Below, piece by piece: positions 26,591 through 36,063 of a DNA stretch of 64,000 nucleotides. The position numbers and the translations under genes are program-made. Below the pieces are notes generated by a model that was given only the letters and a program-made list of their open reading frames with translations, had not been told where the DNA came from and made no database searches. Source of the DNA: Candidatus Aldehydirespiratoraceae bacterium (GTDB taxonomy: Bacteria; Actinomycetota; Acidimicrobiia; Acidimicrobiales; Aldehydirespiratoraceae); assembly GCA_965243715.1 (NCBI GenBank), contig CBDEVU010000018.1:18473-82472 (forward strand), in the 5' to 3' direction. Numbering within the stretch: position 1 is the stretch's first letter; every line of letters starts with the position of its first letter.

Positions 26591-27544
26591 ATGAGTCACA
26601 CGCAGTATGCAACCGTCCGGCCTCGGCTCCATCGCAGCGAGTTGGCCGTACCTGGTTCGAACCCCAGCCTGTTCGCCAAGGCGCTCGAGTCCGACGTGGA
26701 TTACGTGTTCTTGGACCTAGAGGACGCGGTGGCTCCTGGCGACAAAGTCCAGGCTCGCGCCAACGTGATCGAAGCCTTGAACACGCTCGATTGGCGCGGC
26801 GCGGGCAAGACAATCTCGGTGCGTATCAACGGCCTCGATACCCACTATATGTATCGCGATGTCGTTGAGGTCGTTGAACAAGCGGGTCACCACCTCGACA
26901 CCATCTTAATCCCGAAGGTCGGCGTCCCCGGCGATGTGTACATGGTCGATGCCATGTGCAGTCAGATCGAAACGGTGATCGGTCGCAAAGGCCAGATCGG
27001 ACTCGAAGCCCTCATCGAAACCACGCTGGGCATGGCCAACGTCGAAGCCGTCGCCCAGTCGAGTCCGCGCCTTGAAGCCATGCACTTCGGTGTCGCGGAC
27101 TATGCCGCGTCGTGTCGAGCGCGCACGGTGGTGATCGGCGGCTTGAACCCCAACTATCCCGGCGATCAGTGGCATGATGGTCTCTCTCGGATGCTGGTGG
27201 CCTGTCGGGCCTACGGGTTGCGCGCCATCGATGGACCCTTTGGCGACTTCAACGATCCCGACGGTTTCATCGCTGGGGCCCGCCGAGCCGCCGCCCTCGG
27301 CTACGAAGGCAAGTGGGCTATCCATCCGGCGCAGATTGACCTCGCCAACGAGGTCTTTTCGCCGCCCGCGGAGGAAGTTGACCGAGCTCGTCGGATACTC
27401 GCCGCCCTCGACGAAGCGGCGGCCGCGGGCAAGGGTGCGGCGCAGCTCGAGGGTCGCATGATCGACGCGGCCTCGGCGCGGATGGCCCAAAACGTTGTCG
27501 ACACCGCAACGGCCATCGAAAACCGTCCCGTCCCGTCCCGTTAA
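26591..27544 (+). CDS. mcl: L-malyl-CoA/beta-methylmalyl-CoA lyase (HpcH/CitE family)
   Basis: Very close by eye to my recollection of Methylobacterium MclA: RLHRSELAVPGSNP, FLDLEDAVAP, RINGLDTHYMYRDVV, ILIPKVGVPGDVY, LIETTLGMANVEA, FGVADYAAS, MLVACRAYGLRAIDGPFGDFNDPDG, GKWAIHPAQIDLANEVF. Confidence 0.85.
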   Translation: MSHTQYATVRPRLHRSELAVPGSNPSLFAKALESDVDYVFLDLEDAVAPGDKVQARANVIEALNTLDWRGAGKTISVRINGLDTHYMYRDVVEVVEQAGHHLDTILIPKVGVPGDVYMVDAMCSQIETVIGRKGQIGLEALIETTLGMANVEAVAQSSPRLEAMHFGVADYAASCRARTVVIGGLNPNYPGDQWHDGLSRMLVACRAYGLRAIDGPFGDFNDPDGFIAGARRAAALGYEGKWAIHPAQIDLANEVFSPPAEEVDRARRILAALDEAAAAGKGAAQLEGRMIDAASARMAQNVVDTATAIENRPVPSR

Positions 27545-27574
27545 ACCTCGTCGTAGGCAAAGGAGCATCCTCTC

Positions 27575-28750
27575 ATGGATATTCACGAATATCAGGCGAA
27601 GAGCATTCTTCGTGACTACGGAATTGCCACACCCAACGGCGGCCTTGCGTACAGCCCCGACCAAGCGGTGTACCAGTCGCAGGAACTAGGCGGCGACCGC
27701 TGGGTCGTGAAGGCCCAAGTCCATACCGGTGGACGAGGTCAGGCGGGCGGGATCAAGATATGCGGAGATGACGAAGAGGTCTACGAAGCGGCCGAGGGCC
27801 TGCTGGGGAAGCGACTCATCACCCCGCAGACTGGCCCTCGGGGCAAGGGTGTCTACCGTCTCTACATCGAAGAAGCGTCGTCGATTGCGAGCGAGTTGTA
27901 TCTCGCCTTGGTGCTCGATCGGTCGGCTGAACGGATTGTTTGCGTGGCCTCCTCTGCCGGGGGCATGGAGATTGAGCAGATCGCCGAGCACTCGCCGGAG
28001 GCCATCCATCGCACCGCTATCGAGCCTGCGGTTGGATTGCAGAACTTTCAGGCTCGCAACCTAGCGTTCGCCATCGGTCTCGATAAGCAACTCGTGCAGC
28101 CGTGGTCGACCATCTTGACCCAGGCATACCGAGCTTTCCGTGACCTCGACGCAACCCTGCTTGAGATCAATCCCCTCGTTGTGACCGACGACAATCGCCT
28201 CCTAGCGGTGGACGCCAAGATGTCGTTCGACGACAACGCCACGTTCCGCCACCCAAGGATTTCGGAGTTTCGCGACAAGTCGCAGGAAGATCCTCGGGAG
28301 CGCGAGGCGAACGATCGAGGGTTGAGTTACGTCGGACTCGACGGAAACATTGGCTGCATCATCAACGGGGCAGGGTTGGCGATGGCGACGATGGACATGA
28401 TCAAACACTCGGGAGGGGAGCCCGCCAACTTCTTAGACATTGGGGGCGGGGCGTCCCCCGAACGGGTCACGAAAGCGTTCAAGTTGGTGCTGTCCGACGG
28501 CAATGTTGAAGCAGTCCTAGTGAACATTTTCGCGGGGATTAACCGTTGCGACTGGGTTGCCCAAGGGGTAGTGCAAGCCATGGAAACTCTCGACGTTCAG
28601 GTCCCCGTCGTTGTGCGCCTTTCGGGGACCAACGCGGCGGAGGGTAAGCGCATTCTTGATGAAAGCGGGATTGGCCTAATGACCGCGCAAACCCTCGCAG
28701 AAGCAGGTCAAAAGGCCGTGGACGTCACCAAAGAAGGAGTCCGACCATGA
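27575..28750 (+). CDS. mtkA: Malate-CoA ligase (malate thiokinase) beta subunit; succinyl-CoA synthetase beta paralog
   Basis: ATP-grasp SucC-like ([35 protein letters not shown]). Called mtkA because of the mcl-X-X-ppc context, which matches the serine-cycle operon composition. Confidence 0.7.
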   Translation: MDIHEYQAKSILRDYGIATPNGGLAYSPDQAVYQSQELGGDRWVVKAQVHTGGRGQAGGIKICGDDEEVYEAAEGLLGKRLITPQTGPRGKGVYRLYIEEASSIASELYLALVLDRSAERIVCVASSAGGMEIEQIAEHSPEAIHRTAIEPAVGLQNFQARNLAFAIGLDKQLVQPWSTILTQAYRAFRDLDATLLEINPLVVTDDNRLLAVDAKMSFDDNATFRHPRISEFRDKSQEDPREREANDRGLSYVGLDGNIGCIINGAGLAMATMDMIKHSGGEPANFLDIGGGASPERVTKAFKLVLSDGNVEAVLVNIFAGINRCDWVAQGVVQAMETLDVQVPVVVRLSGTNAAEGKRILDESGIGLMTAQTLAEAGQKAVDVTKEGVRP

Positions 28751-29646
28751 GCATCGTCGTCGACCAAAACACCAGAGTCCTAGTGCAGGGTATAACCGGT
28801 CGCCTCTGTAGTTTTCACACCGAGGACATGCTGGCGTACGGTACCAATGTCGTGGGGGGTGTTACGCCGGGGCGATCGGGCGAGCAAGTCCACGGTGTTC
28901 CCGTCTTCGACACCGTTCGAGAGGCGGTGGGCGTGACGGGCGCAACAGCCAGCATCGTCTTCGTGCCGCCGCCGTTCGCGGCCGATGCCATCATGGAAGC
29001 CGCCGATGCGGGGATCAAGACGTGCGTGTGTATTACCGACGGTATCCCCGTGCAGGACATGATGAACGTCAAGCGCTACATGATGCGCTACCGTCGCGAT
29101 GATCGAATGCAGTTGATCGGGCCGAACTGTGCTGGCGTCATTAGCCCCGGTCGAGCTCTCTTGGGGATCATGCCCAGCCACATTTTCATGGAAGGAAACG
29201 TGGGCGTTATTGGGCGTTCGGGCACACTCGGCTACGAAGCGGCGAGCCAGATGTTGGAACTCGGGATCGGCATTAGTACCAGCGTGGGTATTGGCGGCGA
29301 TCCCATCAACGGAAGCTCGTTTCGAGATCACCTCGAAGCATTCGAGAACGACGGAGCAACTGACCTCGTCGTGGTGATCGGGGAGATCGGCGGTCCCCAG
29401 GAAGCGGAGGCCGCTGAGTACGCTAGGGACCACATGACCAAACCGTTGGTTGCCTATATTGCGGGTCTCACCGCGCCCGCCGGTCGAACCATGGGCCATG
29501 CGGGTGCCATTGTCACCACGCGCGGTGAGTCGGCGGCGGAGAAGGTGGAGATCCTTCGGGCTTGCGGTGTCACCGTGGTGGAGCGGCCATCGGAGTTCGG
29601 GCCGACGGTTCAGGCCGCGCTCGCCCGACTGAACGCACCCGTTTGA
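28747..29646 (+). CDS. mtkB: Malate-CoA ligase alpha subunit; SucD paralog
   Basis: SucD-like ([32 protein letters not shown] phosphohistidine loop). ATGA overlap with mtkA. Confidence 0.7.
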   Translation: MSIVVDQNTRVLVQGITGRLCSFHTEDMLAYGTNVVGGVTPGRSGEQVHGVPVFDTVREAVGVTGATASIVFVPPPFAADAIMEAADAGIKTCVCITDGIPVQDMMNVKRYMMRYRRDDRMQLIGPNCAGVISPGRALLGIMPSHIFMEGNVGVIGRSGTLGYEAASQMLELGIGISTSVGIGGDPINGSSFRDHLEAFENDGATDLVVVIGEIGGPQEAEAAEYARDHMTKPLVAYIAGLTAPAGRTMGHAGAIVTTRGESAAEKVEILRACGVTVVERPSEFGPTVQAALARLNAPV

Positions 29647-29647
29647 C

Positions 29648-32347
29648 ATGATGGCGTCGGCCGTGACCGATCCAAAGGTGACCGACATCGAACTGCGGTC
29701 TGATATTCGACGCCTGACCGAACAACTCGGTCAGGCCATCGCCAACCATCACGGTGCGGGGGCCCTTGATACTGTTGAGCGGTTACGTCGGTTGGTCCGA
29801 GAGGAGCGCAGCGGCGACCACTCGGCGGTGGGACGCATCGCGGTCATGCTGGGCGAACTCTCGGTGCGAGACGCCACCTTGGTGGTGCGGGCGTTCACGC
29901 TGTACTTCCATCTCGCTAACGTGGCTGAGCAATCACATCGAGTTGATGACTTTGCCGCCACCGATCCGCGTGCGGCCGACCGAATTGGCGCCATGATTGA
30001 GCGCCTAATTGACCACGACATCGACCCTGAAGAGATTGGTGATCTGTTCTCTCGCCTCGTCCTTCGTCCGGTGTTTACCGCTCATCCCACCGAGGCCACG
30101 CGGCGATCCATTCTGACCAAACAGGCGACCCTGTCGAGTTTGTTGCATGACCGGCGCACCGGCGCACCGACCCGCCGTATCGACCAGCGCATCGCCGAAC
30201 TAATCGACGCGATGTGGCACACCGACGAACTCCGCGCCGTCCGCCCCGACCCGATCGAAGAAGCTCGCTTCGTTCTCAACTATCTCGTGCGGACGATCAG
30301 CGACATCGTGCCGGAGGTGGTTGACGAACTTGGCTCCGTTCTCGCCCTTCACCAGATCGATTGGCGCGACAACCTCGCCCCAGTGCGGTTTGGGTCGTGG
30401 GTCGGTGGTGATCGCGACGGTAACCCTAACGTCACCCCGGAGGTCACGCTCCGGGTGCTGGACCTGCATCGTGATCAGGCCCTTGAACTCGTAACCGACG
30501 AACTCGAACGCCTGGCATCCTTTTTGAGTTTGTCCGATCGGGTGGCGTCCATGAGCGCCGAACTTTTGGCAAAAGCGGTGGCGGACCGCGAGGACTACCC
30601 CGAGTTTCTCGCCGAGGTAAACTACGCCGAGCCGTATCGGGTCTGCTGTGCGGTGGCGGTGGGCCGACTCCAGGCGATGCGCGCCGACGAAGCTTCGGCG
30701 CGTCGCTACGAGTCGACCGACGAGCTAACTGAACTACTTGAACTGTTCGATCGGTCGCTGCGTGAACACGGGGGAAGCGAGTTGGCCGATGGGCGCCTGG
30801 CCAGGACCCGCCGTCTCGTCGCGGCGGCGGGCTTTTCCATCGCCGCGCTCGACATACGTCATCATGGCGACGTTCAGCGAGCCTCCTTGGACCGCTTGTT
30901 GGGCGATGTCGGGTTGGACCTAACCGGGTTATCCGAGGAGTCACGGGCCGCGATTATTGGCCGAGAACTGGCGCAACCCCGCCCACTGACTTTCCCGATG
31001 ACTGCTACCGATGACGATTCGTTGGCCCTTTTCCGCAGCCTTCGCATCGCCTACGAACGTGATCCGGCCTGTCTTGGGAGTTTCATTGTTTCGATGACTC
31101 GGTCGGCGACGGACATCCTCACTACGGTGATTCTCGCTCGAGAAACCGGGTTGGTCGATCTCGCCGCGGGTCGAAGTGCGTTTGACTTCGTGCCGCTACT
31201 GGAGACCATCGCCGATCTTCAAGCCACACCAACGATCCTCCGCCAACTTCTCACGAACCCGCAATACCGCCAAATCGTCGAAATTCGTGGCGGAGTGCAA
31301 GAAGTAATGGTCGGCTATTCCGATTCGAACAAGGACGGCGGCATCACCACCAGCCAGTGGGAGATTCACAAAACGCTAAGCGATCTGCGGGACTTGGCGG
31401 TGGAGTTAGAGGTCGACATTCGGGTCTTTCACGGGCGGGGAGGCAGCATCGGCCGCGGTGGCGGGCCCACACACTCGTCGATTCTGAGTCAACCAAGCGG
31501 CCTGCTCGACGGTGGGGTGAAGTTCACCGAGCAAGGAGAAGTGATCGCCGAAAAGTACGGCCTACCGGAACTCGCCTTCCGCAACCTCGAACTCGGACTG
31601 TCCGCCCTCATCGAAGGTTCACTCGCCCACCAGACATCGCGTATCGAAGGCGAACAGAAGCGCCGGTGGTACGAGATCATGGACCTTGCTTCGGCGCGGG
31701 CGGAGGCGGCCTATCGGCGGTTCGTTCACCGCCCGGGTTTCGTGGAGTACTTCACCAGTTCCACTCCCGTGGAGGAGTTGGCTGGCATGAATATTGGTTC
31801 GCGACCCGCTCGGCGTCGATCGGATTCGGCCGGACTGGACGACCTGCGGGCCATCCCGTGGGTATTTGGTTGGACTCAGTCCCGCCAAATCATCCCCGGC
31901 TGGTTCGGCGTGGGCACGGCCCTGGAGGCGGCCCGAGAGGCGGGCTACGGCGTGGAACTGCGGCGGATGTACAACGACTGGCATTTCTTCTATGGCTTTA
32001 TCTCAGGCGTGGAGTTGATGGTGGCCAAGACCGACCTGAAGATCGCTCGGAAGTACGTGGAGACGCTGGTTGAACCAGAGCATCGCCATCACTTCGACAC
32101 TGTGGTTGATGAGTATGAACTCACCAAGCGTGAACTCAGGCGCATCGTTGGGGCGGAGGCTTTGCAGCACGCGCCCCTCCTGCGCCGCTCGCTCGACGTC
32201 CGTGACATCTACCTCGATCCCATCAATTTGATCCAGATCGAACTGCTCCAACGGTTCCGCTCCGGTGAGGCTCCGTCGGAGTCACTCAACCGGGCCCTGC
32301 TTTCGACGATCAACGGCATCGCCGCGGGGATGCGCAATACCGGATAG
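29648..32347 (+). CDS. ppc: Phosphoenolpyruvate carboxylase
   Basis: 899 aa. VFTAHPTE, GYSDSNKDGG, FHGRGGSIGRGGGP and C-terminal INGIAAGMRNTG motifs. Confidence 0.95.
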   Translation: MMASAVTDPKVTDIELRSDIRRLTEQLGQAIANHHGAGALDTVERLRRLVREERSGDHSAVGRIAVMLGELSVRDATLVVRAFTLYFHLANVAEQSHRVDDFAATDPRAADRIGAMIERLIDHDIDPEEIGDLFSRLVLRPVFTAHPTEATRRSILTKQATLSSLLHDRRTGAPTRRIDQRIAELIDAMWHTDELRAVRPDPIEEARFVLNYLVRTISDIVPEVVDELGSVLALHQIDWRDNLAPVRFGSWVGGDRDGNPNVTPEVTLRVLDLHRDQALELVTDELERLASFLSLSDRVASMSAELLAKAVADREDYPEFLAEVNYAEPYRVCCAVAVGRLQAMRADEASARRYESTDELTELLELFDRSLREHGGSELADGRLARTRRLVAAAGFSIAALDIRHHGDVQRASLDRLLGDVGLDLTGLSEESRAAIIGRELAQPRPLTFPMTATDDDSLALFRSLRIAYERDPACLGSFIVSMTRSATDILTTVILARETGLVDLAAGRSAFDFVPLLETIADLQATPTILRQLLTNPQYRQIVEIRGGVQEVMVGYSDSNKDGGITTSQWEIHKTLSDLRDLAVELEVDIRVFHGRGGSIGRGGGPTHSSILSQPSGLLDGGVKFTEQGEVIAEKYGLPELAFRNLELGLSALIEGSLAHQTSRIEGEQKRRWYEIMDLASARAEAAYRRFVHRPGFVEYFTSSTPVEELAGMNIGSRPARRRSDSAGLDDLRAIPWVFGWTQSRQIIPGWFGVGTALEAAREAGYGVELRRMYNDWHFFYGFISGVELMVAKTDLKIARKYVETLVEPEHRHHFDTVVDEYELTKRELRRIVGAEALQHAPLLRRSLDVRDIYLDPINLIQIELLQRFRSGEAPSESLNRALLSTINGIAAGMRNTG

Positions 32348-32421
32348 TGGCACGTATGCCCGATTCCCGCTTGATGGGAAGTCTTTGACTACGTTCCCAT
32401 AAAGCGGTAACCTCGGGGATC

Positions 32422-33201
32422 ATGTCCCACGTGCAAGCCGTCGATCGAGCGCTGCTCCTACTTAGCGAAATAGGCCGAGAGTCTGGCGGATTGGTCGACC
32501 TCGCGAGCCGTGTCGATTTGGCCACGAGCACAGCGGCTCGGCTGTTGAATACCCTGGAGTCGGCAGGTGCCGTTCGCCGCAGCGACGACGCGAGCTACGA
32601 GATCGGTCCGCTGATCCAGTCCCTGACCGCCGCGCCCGAAGGTAGCCAGCGCCTAGAGCAACTAGTTCATCCCCACCTCGTCGAACTATCTACTCAACTT
32701 GATGAAGCGGCGTGCCTTGCTTTGATCTCTGGTGACGAAACCGTCACCGTCGATCAGGTTGACGCCCCCAAGCCGGTCCAGGCCGAGAACTGGACGGGAA
32801 CCCGCGTCCCCCTTCACGCTGGGGGAGCGGGTCTGGTCGCCATGGCAACCTGGGACGACGTGGAGGTCGAGCGCTACCTAAGCGGCGAACTCGTGGCGTG
32901 CTCTGCCCTCACTGTCACCGACCCGGCAAAGCACCGGTGCCGCCTCGAGGAGATCCGTCGCACCGGCGTGTGTTGGACGCACGGCGAATACGTCGAAGGT
33001 CTATCCTCGCTGTCGGCGGCCATCCAAGATGTGTCGGGTCGAGCGGTGGCCGTGCTCTACACCTACGGGCCGAGCTATCGCTATCCCGCGCCCGGGTCGG
33101 CCGAAAAGGTGGCTCGCACCGTCTGGGCCCGTGCTGAACGCATCTCCATCCAACTGGGCTGGACGGGTTCGCTTACACCAGTGCGAAACGAGGCTTCGTG
33201 A
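32422..33201 (+). CDS. IclR-family transcriptional regulator
   Basis: N-terminal wHTH (VQAVDRALLLLSEIG...LVDLASRVDLATSTAARLLNTLESAGAVRR) plus an IclR effector domain. Confidence 0.85.
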   Translation: MSHVQAVDRALLLLSEIGRESGGLVDLASRVDLATSTAARLLNTLESAGAVRRSDDASYEIGPLIQSLTAAPEGSQRLEQLVHPHLVELSTQLDEAACLALISGDETVTVDQVDAPKPVQAENWTGTRVPLHAGGAGLVAMATWDDVEVERYLSGELVACSALTVTDPAKHRCRLEEIRRTGVCWTHGEYVEGLSSLSAAIQDVSGRAVAVLYTYGPSYRYPAPGSAEKVARTVWARAERISIQLGWTGSLTPVRNEAS

Positions 33202-34760
33202 CCGAGGTTCGCTCTTCTACCGGCACGGGAACCAAGCGGAAACGTGGTGGGGGTCGTCGCCAACGTCCTGCGGCGCCGGTTGGCCCGCCGCAACGGCCCT
33301 GGCAACTCTACCGCCGCCCGATTGAGGCCACCAAGGTTGTGTCAGAGGATGAACTCGAGAACATTCATCAGACTTCGCTCATCGTGCTGCGCGACATTGG
33401 CCTGGATTTTTTGCATCCCACGGCGCGCAAGATGTGGGCTGAGGCGGGGGCTAAGGTTGACGACGAGCGGGTTCGATTCGATCCCGCCCTCATCGAAGAC
33501 CTCGTTGCTTCGGCGCCGAGCGAGTTCGTGATGTACGGGCCGGATCCTGCCTACGACATTCACGTCGGCGGCGACAGCGTGGTGTTCACCGCCGTGGCCA
33601 GCGCCCCGAACTATGCCGATCGGGCGGGGGGTCGTCGTACTGGTAGTCAGGAGAGCTTTCGCACACTGGTGAAGTTGTGTCATCAACTTCACATCATCCA
33701 GAGCTTGCCTGGTTACCCGGTTGAGCCGATTGATCTCCACCCGTCGATCCGTCACCTTGAAGCTACCCGCGACATGCTGACCCTCACCGGCAAGGCCGTA
33801 CACGCCTACTCCCTGGGGAAGCAGCGCAACCTGGACTGTCTCGAAATGGTGCGGATTCGGCGCGGCCTTAGCGAGGACGAAATCGATACCCATCCCATTG
33901 TGCATTCGGTCGTTAACGTCAGTTCACCGTTGCGACTCGACGGTCCAATGATCGAGGGAATACTGCAGTTTTCGGCTCGTAACCAGCCCATTATTGTCAC
34001 GCCGTTCACCCTGGCGGGAGCAATGGCCCCAGTCACGATTGTAGGAGCCGTCGTACAGCAAAACGCCGAAGCCCTCGCCGGACTTGCCTTTTGCCAACTG
34101 GTTCGCCGCGGCTCGCCGGTGGTGTATGGCGGATTCACTTCCAACGTCGACATGCGCAGCGGGGCGCCCGCGTTTGGGACTCCTGAGTTCATGCAGTCGG
34201 CGATGCTCGGCGGCCAGCTAGCGCGGCGCTATAACTTGCCGTATCGCAGTTCTAACGTGTGTACTGCCAACACCATCGATGCCCAAGCGGGCTACGAGAG
34301 TGTGTTTTCGCTCTGGGGCGCGATCATGGGCGGGGCCAACATAGTTCTCCATGGTGCGGGCTGGATGGAAGGCGGACTGCAGGCCAGTCCGGAAAAGATG
34401 GTGATTGACGCCGACCTGCTCCAGATGGTGGCGACCTTCTTGCAACCGCTCATCGTCGACGACGCAACTATGGCGGTCGAAGCAATCGTCGACGTCGGCC
34501 CCGGCGGGCACTTCTTTGGCACCCAGCACACCCAGGATCGTTACCGAGACGCCTTCTACCGTCCCATGATCTCTGACTGGCGAAATTATGAAAGCTGGGA
34601 AGAAGCGGGTAGTCCAACGGCTTACGACCACGCCGAACGGGTCGCCCGAGACCTGCTCTCCACCTACGAACCACCACCCATAGACACCGCGGTGCGGGCC
34701 GAACTTGACGATTTCGTCGAGCGGCGAATCGCCGAGGGCGGTGTCGACACCGACTTTTAG
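33198..34760 (+). CDS. MttB-superfamily (non-Pyl) methyltransferase, copy 2 (intact)
   Basis: 520 aa, collinear with copies 1 and 3. No in-frame TAG. GTG start overlaps the iclR stop (GTGA). Confidence 0.85.
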   Translation: MTEVRSSTGTGTKRKRGGGRRQRPAAPVGPPQRPWQLYRRPIEATKVVSEDELENIHQTSLIVLRDIGLDFLHPTARKMWAEAGAKVDDERVRFDPALIEDLVASAPSEFVMYGPDPAYDIHVGGDSVVFTAVASAPNYADRAGGRRTGSQESFRTLVKLCHQLHIIQSLPGYPVEPIDLHPSIRHLEATRDMLTLTGKAVHAYSLGKQRNLDCLEMVRIRRGLSEDEIDTHPIVHSVVNVSSPLRLDGPMIEGILQFSARNQPIIVTPFTLAGAMAPVTIVGAVVQQNAEALAGLAFCQLVRRGSPVVYGGFTSNVDMRSGAPAFGTPEFMQSAMLGGQLARRYNLPYRSSNVCTANTIDAQAGYESVFSLWGAIMGGANIVLHGAGWMEGGLQASPEKMVIDADLLQMVATFLQPLIVDDATMAVEAIVDVGPGGHFFGTQHTQDRYRDAFYRPMISDWRNYESWEEAGSPTAYDHAERVARDLLSTYEPPPIDTAVRAELDDFVERRIAEGGVDTDF

Positions 34761-34782
34761 GCTGAATCATTTGAGATCAATT

Positions 34783-36051
34783 ATGACGGCAACCGACCGG
34801 CCGGCAACCGACCGGCCGAGAACCGACTGGACGAACAACGATGCTTGGCGCGGTACACGCGCCGACCTGCATAAAGCCACCGGCCTCAATCCCGACTGCT
34901 ACGCGGGGGAGGAGTTCTTTGCCCTCGAACAAGTTCGAGTCTTCGAGCGGGCGTGGGTCATAGTTGGTACCTCCCCAGAGGTCGCAGAACCGGGCCGCCT
35001 GCTCGTGCGTCGGGTGGGGCGCCGTTCGATCCTGATTAGCCGAGACAACGAGGGCGTACTGCGGGGCTTCTACAACACCTGTCGCCACCGAGGGACAGAG
35101 TTAGCCGAAGCCGACTGCGATGTCGCTGGCACAATCCGGTGCCCCTACCACCGCTGGAGCTACGGACTGGACGGCGTGCTGAAAGCTACGCCGCGGTTCG
35201 ATGACGTGCCGCGCCAGGACTTCAACCGGTCGGACTTCTCGCTGCTTGGCGTGCGGGTCGACACTTGGGGACCACTCCTGTTCGCCTGTCTCGATGCCGA
35301 GACCCCGCCGCTGGCGGAATGGCTGGGCGATTTGCCCGAACGAATGGCTGGCTATGGTTTCGAGAGTTGGCGAATCCAAGAAGAAGCCACGGTCGAGATA
35401 GCGGCGAACTGGAAGCTGATCTCGGAGAACTTCCAAGAGTACTATCACCTCACCTGGGTACATCCCGAGTTGGCCAAGATCAGCCGGGTGAAGGATCACT
35501 ATCGTTACCAAGGGCCTGGCATGTACTGCGGCCAGACCACGACCCCGGTGACCGGCGCCGCTGGTGACGCTTGGCTGGTACTACCGGTAGCCGAGGGACT
35601 CGACGAGTCCGATGCCACAAGCGGTCGACACCTCGCCATCTACCCCAACGTCATCTTCTCGGTGTTACCAAACCACGTGTTCGTCATGCGCCTTGAGCCG
35701 ATCGCGCCCGGCCTTACCCGAGAGACCTGTACCTTTTTGCTACCGGCGTCAACCCCACCGGTTACCGCTGACGACATGGCCGCCACCCGTGACTTCTGGA
35801 TAGATATCAACAACGAAGACATCGATATCTGTCAACGAGGCCAACGGGGCCTTACTTACGGCCACATCGAACCCGGCCCGCTGGCCCCCCGCTTCGAACA
35901 ACCCCTCCACCGGTTCCACAACATGCTCGCCGATTGCTTGACCGCCGATTCGCTCCAAACCGGCCTCACTATTCCTGCGGGCGACGACGGTTCTTTAGCA
36001 TCGCGCCTAGGAACGAAAGCAAATCCCTGCCCGCCCCAGATCGAAAAGTAG
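34783..36051 (+). CDS. Rieske 2Fe-2S non-heme-iron oxygenase alpha subunit (GbcA/Stc2/CntA-like N-demethylase candidate)
   Basis: Rieske motif CRHRGTEL...CPYHRWSY. The catalytic domain carries NFQEYYHLTWVHP. Start taken at ATG 34783. Confidence 0.8.
   Translation: MTATDRPATDRPRTDWTNNDAWRGTRADLHKATGLNPDCYAGEEFFALEQVRVFERAWVIVGTSPEVAEPGRLLVRRVGRRSILISRDNEGVLRGFYNTCRHRGTELAEADCDVAGTIRCPYHRWSYGLDGVLKATPRFDDVPRQDFNRSDFSLLGVRVDTWGPLLFACLDAETPPLAEWLGDLPERMAGYGFESWRIQEEATVEIAANWKLISENFQEYYHLTWVHPELAKISRVKDHYRYQGPGMYCGQTTTPVTGAAGDAWLVLPVAEGLDESDATSGRHLAIYPNVIFSVLPNHVFVMRLEPIAPGLTRETCTFLLPASTPPVTADDMAATRDFWIDINNEDIDICQRGQRGLTYGHIEPGPLAPRFEQPLHRFHNMLADCLTADSLQTGLTIPAGDDGSLASRLGTKANPCPPQIEK
34788..34830. 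repeat. 15-bp tandem repeat (GGCAACCGACCGGCC x2 plus a degenerate third unit) encoding ATDRP-ATDRP-RTD at codons 3-16 of the Rieske gene
   Basis: Read directly. Confidence 0.85.
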
Positions 36052-36063
36052 AAGGTAGTCCTA

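Noticed and set aside
27575-29646. Calling the ligase pair housekeeping succinyl-CoA synthetase (sucCD)
   Set aside because: The sequences are SucCD-like, so this cannot be excluded. However, the pair is flanked by mcl and ppc, as in the serine-cycle mtkAB operon, rather than by TCA-cycle genes. The mtkAB call is preferred, at reduced confidence.
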